Virus record (IMG/VR): IMGVR_UViG_3300022744_000001
Coordinates: 66,022-130,021 of that record
DNA from: a virus
Direction: 5' to 3' (one strand)
Length of the DNA: 64,000 nucleotides
Part shown: positions 55,897 to 63,628 of the stretch, piece by piece
Position numbering within the stretch: position 1 is the stretch's first letter
Layout: each line of letters opens with the position of its first letter
Notes under the pieces: model-generated
Told to the model about the DNA's origin: nothing
Database searches by the model: none
Seen by the model: only the letters and a program-made list of their open reading frames with translations
Position numbers and translations under genes: made by a program

Positions 55897-56223
55897 TCAG
55901 ACCACTGGGGCAGCCGTGGGAGCGGCTTTCTTGGATGCCTTCTTGGCCTTGGGGGCAGGGGTTTCACCACTGCTCGCCGCTGCGGGCTTCTCAGCGGCCT
56001 TCTTGACCCTCGGGCCACGCTCGGGGAAGAGGCAAAGGGTGCCCTTGCGGTCGATGATGCGGGCCATCTTGCCCCCGAAGCTGTGCGGGCCCTTCCCCTC
56101 CTTCTCGAGGATCTGGCGCAGGATGTCTCGACCCTCCGCTTGAAGGGTCTTCACCTGGGCCTGAGTGGTCTCGGTCTCGGCCTTGTTGGCCACGTACTTG
56201 TCAAAGAGTGATGTCTTGCTCAT
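55897..56223 (-). CDS. small protein with histone H1-like Lys/Ala/Pro-rich C-terminal tail
   Basis: M2; tail AKKASKKAAPTAAPVV. Confidence 0.5.
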   Translation of the reverse strand: MSKTSLFDKYVANKAETETTQAQVKTLQAEGRDILRQILEKEGKGPHSFGGKMARIIDRKGTLCLFPERGPRVKKAAEKPAAASSGETPAPKAKKASKKAAPTAAPVV

Positions 56224-56564
56224 GGTCCAGCTCACTACACCGGCCGTAGGCAAGCCCTGGAAAGAAAACCGGCCCCACCGCAGGACGCTCCAGCAAGGCT
56301 GTGTGGGTTCACAGGGACGCCTATCCCTCCCCCACGCGCTTCTTGGTAGCCCGCCATCGTCCCAGCGCGGTAGAACCGGTAGCCGCACCCTCTACCCTCC
56401 CCCTCGAACCACGTCAAGCCACCCCACGTAGGTCAGAGGTACTCGAAACTTGTCCAGTGGGAGACGAATCCGCCCAAACACCCTCTCAGCTCGAGCGGCA
56501 AAACCCTACGTGGCAAAACTTGACCAAACTACCCCCTTTCCCAGGGTAGCTCAGAAGTGGTTTG

Positions 56565-56810
56565 TTAGACCCCGACCTTGTCCAGGATGTCGCGCGCCCT
56601 CTTGGGAGGAAGGGTTGGTTCGGGTAAGGGTGGCCGCCCTTTCTTGGTAGGTTCGCTCGAGAGGGTCTGCCCAGCCTCAGCAGCCAGGATACCCAGGGTA
56701 ATGACTCGCACCAGGGTCGCGTGGAAAGACACCCCCTCCGGGGTGAGGGCCTTGATGCGCTCCTTGAACTCGGTCGGGAGACGAACCGGAATTGGGTTTT
56801 CTCTTGCCAT
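56565..56810 (-). CDS. ribbon-helix-helix (Arc/MetJ/CopG-type) DNA-binding protein
   Basis: PIPVRLPTEFKERIKALT beta-strand/helix signature at N-terminus. Confidence 0.55.
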   Translation of the reverse strand: MARENPIPVRLPTEFKERIKALTPEGVSFHATLVRVITLGILAAEAGQTLSSEPTKKGRPPLPEPTLPPKRARDILDKVGV

Positions 56811-56814
56811 TTTG

Positions 56815-56990
56815 GGTGACTACCTTTCCTGTATACCGTGGTGCACCATTTCCGTATACCGGTTTATACCATTCCTGTATACCGCGCGCAACCCCTCCCC
56901 GGCTGGCGCGTTCACGTGCCCACCCACCACACCCTTGTGAACGCGCCAGCCCCCTCGTTCCTATACCTGGACGTGGCCCAGCCCACGAAC
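56815..56990. promoter_or_regulatory. operator/promoter hub: four GTATACC boxes, perfect 15-bp inverted repeat GGCTGGCGCGTTCAC/GTGAACGCGCCAGCC around GGGTGTGGTGGGTGGG, and minus-oriented M1
   Basis: seen directly. Confidence 0.55.
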
Positions 56991-57035
56991 AATCGCACCC
57001 GTATAGAACCAGCCATCCTCGTGCGTTAGAGGGAC
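56990..57035 (+). promoter_or_regulatory. M1 motif (plus)
   Basis: TATAGAAC-N13-GCGTTAGAGGGAC-ATG. Confidence 0.55.
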
Positions 57036-57383
57036 ATGGCACGCTACCAACACATCGCAATCGGGGCCCTCGAGAGGGGCGTTCGCACCCTTGCCAAGAG
57101 CCTCGAGAAGCTCGGGCTCACCACCCAGGTCCACGTGTTCAAGAGCGGCCCCGGCGGCGCCACGTACTTCGGAGCGTCCTACGTCGAACTCGAGGTGAGC
57201 GTCACCTTCAATACCCCCGAGGGCGAGCAGGATGCCTCCCACACGGTCAAGTTCCTGGCCAACGGGTACACGAGCAACGACGCCGACGAAATCGGCGGTA
57301 CCCAGGGCTGGCGCCCCATGGGCGAGGAAGCTCGTACCCGCATCCTCACCAAGCTCCAGGAGCAGGGCTGGAAGCTCCCCTGA
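57036..57383 (+). CDS. hypothetical protein (115 aa)
   Basis: M1. Confidence 0.55.
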   Translation: MARYQHIAIGALERGVRTLAKSLEKLGLTTQVHVFKSGPGGATYFGASYVELEVSVTFNTPEGEQDASHTVKFLANGYTSNDADEIGGTQGWRPMGEEARTRILTKLQEQGWKLP

Positions 57384-57437
57384 GCCAGTATAGAACCACC
57401 CACCCTCGCGCGTTCATAGAGCACAAGGAGCAAGTCA

Positions 57438-57524
57438 TGGCCAAGCGCAAGACCCCCACGTTCATCATCGAGGAGAATGTCGGCAACGGCCACCACGACC
57501 CCTCGCGCGTTCATAGGGCATGAG
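57438..57524 (+). CDS. 28-aa ORF between a full M1 copy (with added AAGGAG RBS) and a second GCGCGTTCAT half-motif
   Basis: seen directly; coding status uncertain. Confidence 0.3.
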
Positions 57525-57804
57525 CAAGAAAGCCCCAGTCCAGTTCGGCCGCGGTACCAACAAGGTGATTGGCAAGACCCGCACCATCATCTCGGACGAC
57601 AAGGAGTACATCTCCAAGTGCGGCGAGTACAAGATTGAGGGTCGCCACTTCGTCCTCCCCTACTCCTCCTACGCCTACACCCTCTACAAGATGGTGGGCG
57701 GGCAATGGGTCCGCCTCGGCTCCGGAGGCGAACACGACAAGCTCGCGGACGCCAAGTTCGCCGCTTGTGCCGACCGTGACCCCAACTACGAACCCACCGT
57801 CTGA
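57520..57804 (+). CDS. hypothetical protein (94 aa)
   Basis: half-M1 (GCGCGTTCATAGGGC-ATG). Confidence 0.55.
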   Translation: MSKKAPVQFGRGTNKVIGKTRTIISDDKEYISKCGEYKIEGRHFVLPYSSYAYTLYKMVGGQWVRLGSGGEHDKLADAKFAACADRDPNYEPTV

Positions 57805-58335
57805 AGGGCCAACACTTCGACTCTGACCAAAAGGTTCGACCAACCCCTACCCGAATACCGCACAACCTCAAAAGTCAAACGAAAAGCGTGGGTACCTGAC
57901 CAGCACCAACCATGTCCGCAGGTAAATCCCGCACGCGGTAGTCAAGCACAATCCACAACCATTACGCTTTGTGGTCTCGGTACCTGACCATAGCTCGGTA
58001 CCTTGTCATCCGTGTGTTGTGGCCGGTGTACATACCTCCAAAGCTATACAAACCTCTAGGCACGGAAGTTGCAGAGAGGTTTTGGAACGGGTGGGGGTTT
58101 GGCAACGACCACAACGACACGACTTTAAAAGGACTTTGGCCCTTCGGGCCGGGTCGGTTTCGAGTCTTGTCCAGGTTGTGCAAACGGCCCTCCCCTGGGA
58201 CCTCTTTTGTCTGGAGTTGGTCCCCCGTCTCCACGGCACCACCTGGGCCTCTGGCGGGCCTTGGTTGTGCTCTTGGGGGTTTCTCCCCTGGGGGTTTCTC
58301 CCTTTGCTCCTATGGGGCTCTTCTGGGCGTGTCCT
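57805..58335. other. 530-bp apparently non-coding boundary region with GGTACCTGACCA x2 and TGGGGGTTTCTCCC x2 direct repeats and a GGCCC-TTC-GGGCC hairpin
   Basis: no convincing ORF; composition switches here. Confidence 0.4.
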
Positions 58336-59193
58336 TTACTTGGCTCGCTCCTGTTCTTCCTGGTCTCTCCGCAGGGCTTCTTGGACGTCTTCCCACCACT
58401 GTGTGGCTTGGTTGATGAAGGCGTCTTCGGCACCTTCTACCTGGTCGAATCCCGGGTACGTATTGACCTCTAGGAGTGTGGGGGGACCTTCCTTTGGGAC
58501 TTGGTAGTCGATGCCCACGACATCTAGGTTGAGCTTGTGGGCTGTGAGGGAGGCGTGGCTGAGGAGGGTGTGTCCTTTGGGGGTGGTGGGTTCGAGGGGG
58601 AGGGTTTCGATCGCGGCTTCGACATTCTTGCGCCAGTCGTGGCTGTGGTAGCGGAGGTGCCACGTGTGGGGGCCGATGATGAGGATGCGGTCGGAGGTTC
58701 CTGGGATGTAGGGTTCGACGAGGGTGTCGTCTGGGGCGGTGAAGGGGCCTTGGGAGAGGGCTTTATCTTCGCCGCAGTGGGAGTTGCTCCATTTGAAGAC
58801 GTGGGGGGCGGGGGTGGGCAGTTCGAGTCTGTGTCCTTGGGGGAGGAAGCCTCTGGGGACATGGGAGTTGGGGTTGGCCAGGAGGAGGGAGAGGACCCTA
58901 TCGTCGTGGGGCAGTGTGGGGCGGATGTTTGGGAACGTGGGGGTGTTGGCGAGGGCGAGTGCTCTTCTTGTCTGTTGGGCGTGGGGGAAGTAGCCGTAGT
59001 AGATGACCCCGTTTGGTTCGAGCCATCTTCCTGGGACGCGTTGGGACTCGATACGGACTTGGCCATCGAGGCTGTAGGCGGGGGGTGGGGCTGCGTAGTG
59101 GACGACTCGGGTGTTTTTGAGGCGGGTGCGGAGTTGGGCGTCGGTGGTGGGGTCGATGCCTATGCTGATGAGGAGGGGGTCGTTCGGGGTCAT
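58336..59193 (-). CDS. ATP-grasp family ligase-like protein
   Basis: C-terminal LLEVNTYPGF block typical of ATP-grasp; C-rich codons on strongly strand-skewed segment. Confidence 0.55.
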   Translation of the reverse strand: MTPNDPLLISIGIDPTTDAQLRTRLKNTRVVHYAAPPPAYSLDGQVRIESQRVPGRWLEPNGVIYYGYFPHAQQTRRALALANTPTFPNIRPTLPHDDRVLSLLLANPNSHVPRGFLPQGHRLELPTPAPHVFKWSNSHCGEDKALSQGPFTAPDDTLVEPYIPGTSDRILIIGPHTWHLRYHSHDWRKNVEAAIETLPLEPTTPKGHTLLSHASLTAHKLNLDVVGIDYQVPKEGPPTLLEVNTYPGFDQVEGAEDAFINQATQWWEDVQEALRRDQEEQERAK

Positions 59194-59229
59194 GGGGGAC
59201 GGTTTAGCACGGGCGGTGTAGCTAGGAGG

Positions 59230-59805
59230 ATGCGGATTTTCCTCAACGACGTGCGAATCGATGCCACAGGGGCCTACTATGAGAGTGGTTTTGTGTACTT
59301 CCGCGTCCCTGAAGGGCTTTATGAGCCTATGGTTTCGGTCCTTGTCGAGTTGGGCATGTGGCGACAGGGGCCGAAGTTCTGGGGGAGGCTAGCGGGGCCG
59401 CGGCTTGTGGTGGGCGGGATGGCTCGATGGGTTCTTCCGTATGCGTCGATGGGTTATCGGGACGACTGTCAGGTGGCGGATGGGGAGCGGGTGTGGCGGT
59501 TGCGGATGAACCGTGCTGGGAGTCTGGAGTGGGGCTGCACTTCGGACGACGTGGTTGTGCGTGAGGCGACTTGTGACGAGTGGGCGGTATTGCACCGGGG
59601 GAAGGTGGTGGGGATTGTGGACGACATGGGCAAGACGTTGGGGGATGTTTTGCGTGAGGCTCGGGGGCTGGTTCCTTGTCTGCCGGTGAAGCTCGAGTTC
59701 GTCTCTCCCCCCGTGGTCACGGCGGCGGATGGTCAGGTGTTTGTGATGGAGCGGGTGGGTGAGCCGGAGCCCCGGGTTTTGTCTCGGTTCGACTTGATCG
59801 GGTGA
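59230..59805 (+). CDS. hypothetical protein ending SRFDLIG
   Basis: M2 (GGTGTAGC-N7-ATG). Confidence 0.5.
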   Translation: MRIFLNDVRIDATGAYYESGFVYFRVPEGLYEPMVSVLVELGMWRQGPKFWGRLAGPRLVVGGMARWVLPYASMGYRDDCQVADGERVWRLRMNRAGSLEWGCTSDDVVVREATCDEWAVLHRGKVVGIVDDMGKTLGDVLREARGLVPCLPVKLEFVSPPVVTAADGQVFVMERVGEPEPRVLSRFDLIG

Positions 59806-59808
59806 GCG

Positions 59809-60354
59809 ATGCTGTACCAGGTCTACGACTTGAGGATGGGTCCGGTGGCGGGGTTTTACCTGCCTCCGGTGATGGGGCCGACGGGTCATGTTCGGGTGGT
59901 GAACAGTGCGGGGCTCTTTGAGCGGGGGTCGGCCTCTTACATCTTCGTCCGGGTGGACGGGGTGCAGTTCCGTGTGGACGGGACGTGGGGCATCTATCCT
60001 GGTGGGATGGGGGCGCCTGAGTTGGCCTTCACGGGGACGTACTCGGTTCCGGATCGTGTGGAGGCGGGGCTCACGTGGACGTTCACGGACTTCGGGTGGG
60101 AGACCACGTTCATGGGGCATGAGCTTGTGGTGGCGTTGAGCCCGGACTTGGAGGACTCCTACATCTGGGTTGTCTGGTTTGCGGACACTCAGGTCGGTGG
60201 GCCGTATGGGTTGGGGCGGTCGGGGCTTTTCGAGCAAGCGAAGAAGGACGCCTATGCGTGGGCACGGCGTCTTGTTCTTGCGTTTGTGGAGGAGGCGGAC
60301 CCGTTTGAGGAGGTGCGGTCGGGTCTCGTCTCGAGGTTCGATTTGATCGGGTAG
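59809..60354 (+). CDS. hypothetical protein ending SRFDLIG
   Basis: GGGTGAGCG RBS; shares C-terminal SRFDLIG with preceding gene. Confidence 0.5.
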   Translation: MLYQVYDLRMGPVAGFYLPPVMGPTGHVRVVNSAGLFERGSASYIFVRVDGVQFRVDGTWGIYPGGMGAPELAFTGTYSVPDRVEAGLTWTFTDFGWETTFMGHELVVALSPDLEDSYIWVVWFADTQVGGPYGLGRSGLFEQAKKDAYAWARRLVLAFVEEADPFEEVRSGLVSRFDLIG

Positions 60355-60356
60355 GT

Positions 60357-60830
60357 TCAGCCTTGGCTGAGCGCGTGTTTGGCCCAGAAGTCTCTCGAGG
60401 CGACGAGTTCTTCCCAGGTTGCGATGGAGGGGTCACCGGGCTCCCTCGGTGCTGCGGGGCCGGGGTACACCGTATAGAGGACATGGGGTTGGCCATCGTG
60501 TGGGCCGATGACCATGGTCACCAGGTGTGTGGTCGTCGGTCCCAGCGTGGTCATGCGTGAGGCGTAGGGGCGACCTCCGCGGACGAAGTAGAAGGCGTTC
60601 TCGTTGGGGACCGCTTGGTCTCCCACGGTGGGGCCGCGGAGCTGGCAGGCGTACGCTTTGGGGCTCGTGAAGGTGAGGATGAGGGGCGGGAACGGTGTGA
60701 ACGTTCTTGGGGTCCTCTGCCAAGCCTCGAAATGCTCTTGGGCGAGTTCGAGGATGCGTGGGCGCTCCTCCGCGGCAAAGTGGTCGAGGTGCGTGTCCGT
60801 GTGGATGGTCAGCGTCTTGTTCATGCTCAT
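60357..60830 (-). CDS. hypothetical protein
   Basis: ORF track; start ambiguous (60830/60893). Confidence 0.35.
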   Translation of the reverse strand: MSMNKTLTIHTDTHLDHFAAEERPRILELAQEHFEAWQRTPRTFTPFPPLILTFTSPKAYACQLRGPTVGDQAVPNENAFYFVRGGRPYASRMTTLGPTTTHLVTMVIGPHDGQPHVLYTVYPGPAAPREPGDPSIATWEELVASRDFWAKHALSQG

Positions 60831-60915
60831 GTGACGTGCGGGGGCGGTGGCTTCTGACAGCTCTCGGTGTATTTGATCCGGCAATCTCTTCATGGGATAG
60901 TGGGGCCCTGGTATT

Positions 60916-61395
60916 ATGCAGGCAATTATACAGGCAGTTTTCGCACGTGCGGCGGATTTGGTTCAGGAGCGATGGGTTCCGGTTCGTGACCGGAAGGACC
61001 AGTTTGTGGGCGAGGTTGGCCAATGCCCGCTCGTGACGGTGCTCGGTGAGGTTGGTTGTCGGCCCCCTCGTGTGCCTGGTCTTGAGTCTCGAGGGCCTTA
61101 CGCGGCGTTCCAGCTGTGGGCGCAGCTGGCTCGCGGGTATCTCATGGGTGACGACGAGTTTCGGGCCGCGCTCTATCGATCCGCGTTGGCCTATGCTCCG
61201 GTGGCTATTGACCATGCGGTCTCGGTGGGCCACGTCGGTGCGGTTCGTGCGCTTCGGGCCCGGTTTGAGGCGTTGGATTCTCCTTTTCAGATCAAGCAGC
61301 AAGTACGAGCGGTTATGGCCTTCCCGCTCTACTGCGACCTTCACGTTTTCCGGTCCCCCGGTGAGGCGGCTGCTTACTTGCGGAGGGCGTTCTAG
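60916..61395 (+). CDS. hypothetical protein; 5' end lies in a 12-nt tandem repeat ATTATGCAGGCA/ATTATACAGGCA
   Basis: ORF track. Confidence 0.4.
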   Translation: MQAIIQAVFARAADLVQERWVPVRDRKDQFVGEVGQCPLVTVLGEVGCRPPRVPGLESRGPYAAFQLWAQLARGYLMGDDEFRAALYRSALAYAPVAIDHAVSVGHVGAVRALRARFEALDSPFQIKQQVRAVMAFPLYCDLHVFRSPGEAAAYLRRAF

Positions 61396-61802
61396 TGGCG
61401 GCTCGAAAGAAGGCGCCGGGTCCGGCTCTGGACGATGCTGCGGCGTGGCGGAAAGAGGCGTTGAAGCAGAAGAAGGGGCTTCGGAAGCTCACGGACACGG
61501 TTCAGGGGTTTCTTGCCCGGTTCGATCTGCTCATGAAGGAGCCGTCCACGGTGGAGCGGGGCAAGAAGCTGGCTTTGCTCGCCAATCAGCTCGAGCTGGC
61601 GAACGATTCGGCTCGGCACTTCACCTTGGATCTTCCGTTGAAGCCGAAGGCTCCCAGGGAGTCGCGCATTGTGGAGGGGCCGCCCATGGACGACGACCCT
61701 CTTTGCCAGCACTGTGGGCATGGGCAGTCGAATCACGCCTATGGTCACGACGACTGCTTCCGCTGCGACCGTGAGTGCCAGGAGTTCAAGGGGACCGGTT
61801 GA
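61395..61802 (+). CDS. hypothetical protein with C-terminal Cys/His zinc-binding cluster
   Basis: TAGTG stop-start overlap. Confidence 0.45.
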   Translation: MAARKKAPGPALDDAAAWRKEALKQKKGLRKLTDTVQGFLARFDLLMKEPSTVERGKKLALLANQLELANDSARHFTLDLPLKPKAPRESRIVEGPPMDDDPLCQHCGHGQSNHAYGHDDCFRCDRECQEFKGTG

Positions 61803-61861
61803 GTTCTACGACCTTGTGGGCCTCATAGGTCGCGTGGTCTCGAGAACGGGCCGGACAAAGA

Positions 61862-62014
61862 TCATGCCGGGTCGTTTTTGTCCTTCTCGGGGCCGAGGAG
61901 TTCGCGGCGGCGTTCCACGGCTCGCTTGAGGGCGTCGTTCGGGGCGGGTGGGTTCAGGAGGGCCTCGGCAAGCCGTGCTTGGTCCTCGGGGCTGAGCTTG
62001 ATTTCGTCTTCCAT
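61862..62014 (-). CDS. possible 50-aa DUF1778/TacA-like antitoxin-type ORF, no adjacent toxin
   Basis: MEDEIKLSPEDQARLAEALLNPPAPNDALKRAVERRREL; below ORF-track cutoff. Confidence 0.25.
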   Translation of the reverse strand: MEDEIKLSPEDQARLAEALLNPPAPNDALKRAVERRRELLGPEKDKNDPA

Positions 62015-62035
62015 GGCGCAATCCTAGCAGAAAGG

Positions 62036-62065
62036 CCAGGGTCCCGGGGCTCATCGGGACCCTGG
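62036..62065. terminator. 10-bp GC hairpin CCAGGGTCCC/GGGACCCTGG
   Basis: seen directly. Confidence 0.45.
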
Positions 62066-62089
62066 CGTGCACATTCCCATCTACTAGCA

Positions 62090-62172
62090 CTACGGCCCCA
62101 GGGTTCCAAATTGTGACAGGGGCGGTTTAGAATTGTTGAAGCTCGTGCGTTCTTGGGGCAAAGGGGGCGTTC
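62090..62172 (+). promoter_or_regulatory. M1 variant (TTAGAATT...GCGTTCTT...ATG)
   Basis: consensus-like. Confidence 0.45.
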
Positions 62173-62448
62173 ATGTCCAAGGAAAGCATCGTGATTGAGG
62201 CTCGGGACCCGCAGGGCGAGCGTGTTGCCCGTGCGGTGGCCGAGATGTGTTGGCAGCTCGGCCTTGGGGTCCTTCGTGTCCATGGGGACAAGGTGGGGAT
62301 GGCCACGGCCTACTTCGAGACTGCGGACGAGTGCGGCTTTGCCAAGGAGAGCGTGGAAGCGCTCTTTGGCGATATGTTTCAGGTACTTGAGCACCCGCAC
62401 GTCTCCAAGTGCGGGCTCACGGTGCGAATTCGTCCCGAGTCGGTTTAG
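62173..62448 (+). CDS. hypothetical protein (91 aa)
   Basis: M1. Confidence 0.55.
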   Translation: MSKESIVIEARDPQGERVARAVAEMCWQLGLGVLRVHGDKVGMATAYFETADECGFAKESVEALFGDMFQVLEHPHVSKCGLTVRIRPESV

Positions 62449-62493
62449 AAACTCGAGGGGTTGCGCGTTCTCAGGACAACAGGGAGAACGGCC

Positions 62494-62778
62494 ATGAAGA
62501 TGTTTGGCGGCAACGGCGGTCACGCGAACTACAAGAAGAACCTTGAGCGTACGATGTACGCGGACCCCACCCAGTGCTGTGTCTACTGCGGCAAGAGTGT
62601 GGGCAAGGGTCGCTTGAGCGTCTTCCTCAACTGCCACAATCAGGCGGTGGCTGCGGACGAGACCTTGCCGGACTTCCTCGGCTACTACCCGATCGGTTCC
62701 GATTGCGCGAAGAAGGCCAAGAAGGAAGGCATCCCGGTCTACTTGGCCGATGACGCGGGCAAGTTCACGGCCGCGTGA
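62494..62778 (+). CDS. hypothetical protein with CCVYCG...C zinc-binding motif
   Basis: M1 + AGGGAGAACGG RBS. Confidence 0.5.
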   Translation: MKMFGGNGGHANYKKNLERTMYADPTQCCVYCGKSVGKGRLSVFLNCHNQAVAADETLPDFLGYYPIGSDCAKKAKKEGIPVYLADDAGKFTAA

Positions 62779-62828
62779 TTTCGTCTCGAGTCAGTATAGA
62801 TTCGCAGACCCTGACACGTTCATAGGAC

Positions 62829-63062
62829 ATGAAGCTCAGCGATGCACAAGTGAATGGGCTCCGGAAGTTCTCTCAGGCGGGTGGGCATGGGTACGGGGAG
62901 TACGCCTACCTGTCTCGGGCCACGGCGAAGAGTCTGGCCAAGAAGGGGCTCGTGACGCTCTCCTACCGTGGGAAGTACCCTTGGGGCGAGGCTACGGAGC
63001 TGGGCCGCAAGGTTTTGAAGGACCGGGACGATAGTTTCCTCTCCTGCTTGAAAGAGGTTTGA
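62829..63062 (+). CDS. hypothetical protein (77 aa)
   Basis: M1. Confidence 0.55.
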   Translation: MKLSDAQVNGLRKFSQAGGHGYGEYAYLSRATAKSLAKKGLVTLSYRGKYPWGEATELGRKVLKDRDDSFLSCLKEV

Positions 63063-63064
63063 TC

Positions 63065-63313
63065 ATGGAACGCCGCTACGAAGTTGTGGAATCGAAGACC
63101 TGGAAGGCCACGGATGGCCGGACCGCGAGCATCTTCGGGTCTCTCCCTTGGACCACGGAGGCTGACCGCGCCAACTGGTCCATCGTGGTGGACGGGTACA
63201 CGGTGCGTGACCACCTTCGCAACACGGTGGGGCTCGGCCGTCGTCCCTTCGAGACCCAGGCGGAGGCTCAGGTGGTGGCGGACAAGCTGGAGTCGCTCCG
63301 GGTGCGTTCGTGA
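63065..63313 (+). CDS. hypothetical protein
   Basis: stop-start proximity. Confidence 0.45.
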   Translation: MERRYEVVESKTWKATDGRTASIFGSLPWTTEADRANWSIVVDGYTVRDHLRNTVGLGRRPFETQAEAQVVADKLESLRVRS

Positions 63314-63528
63314 CCCCTCAAGTCAAGTTCCTCGACGCGGAGAAGCCGGAGGGTCAAGCCTTCAAGGCACGGCTCGAGAGTGGGGACATCCCGCTCGTGG
63401 TCAACTTCAACCCTCTCCACGTGGTCTACGGGCTCGACACGGAGGGGAACCTTTGCGCGTGGGACGACTCGGAAGCCTACGCGATTTGGGTCGAGCAGGA
63501 GCGGTTTTGGGACTACGGGGAGCTTTGA
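63310..63528 (+). CDS. hypothetical protein (GTG start)
   Basis: GTGA overlap. Confidence 0.45.
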   Translation: MTPQVKFLDAEKPEGQAFKARLESGDIPLVVNFNPLHVVYGLDTEGNLCAWDDSEAYAIWVEQERFWDYGEL

Positions 63529-63628
63529 CCCGTTGATTCCTTTGTAGGTTTTGGTGAGAAGAGATCCTGGACGGGCCTCTGAGTATAGGCGGCGGCCCCC
63601 TCGCGCGTTACTGGAGCAGGAGCAAGAA

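Noticed and set aside
58537-59229. N-terminal 230 codons of the 422-aa plus ORF 58537-59805
   Set aside because: Poly-G/E/V junk antisense to the ATP-grasp gene; only the part from ATG 59230 (M2-placed) is kept.
59389-60237. 282-aa minus-strand ORF
   Set aside because: P/R/H-rich antisense to two supported plus-strand genes on the strand-skewed segment.
60433-62637. 303-aa minus, 242-aa plus and 227-aa minus ORFs
   Set aside because: R/P/G-rich, no start context, overlap better-supported genes or the hairpin region.
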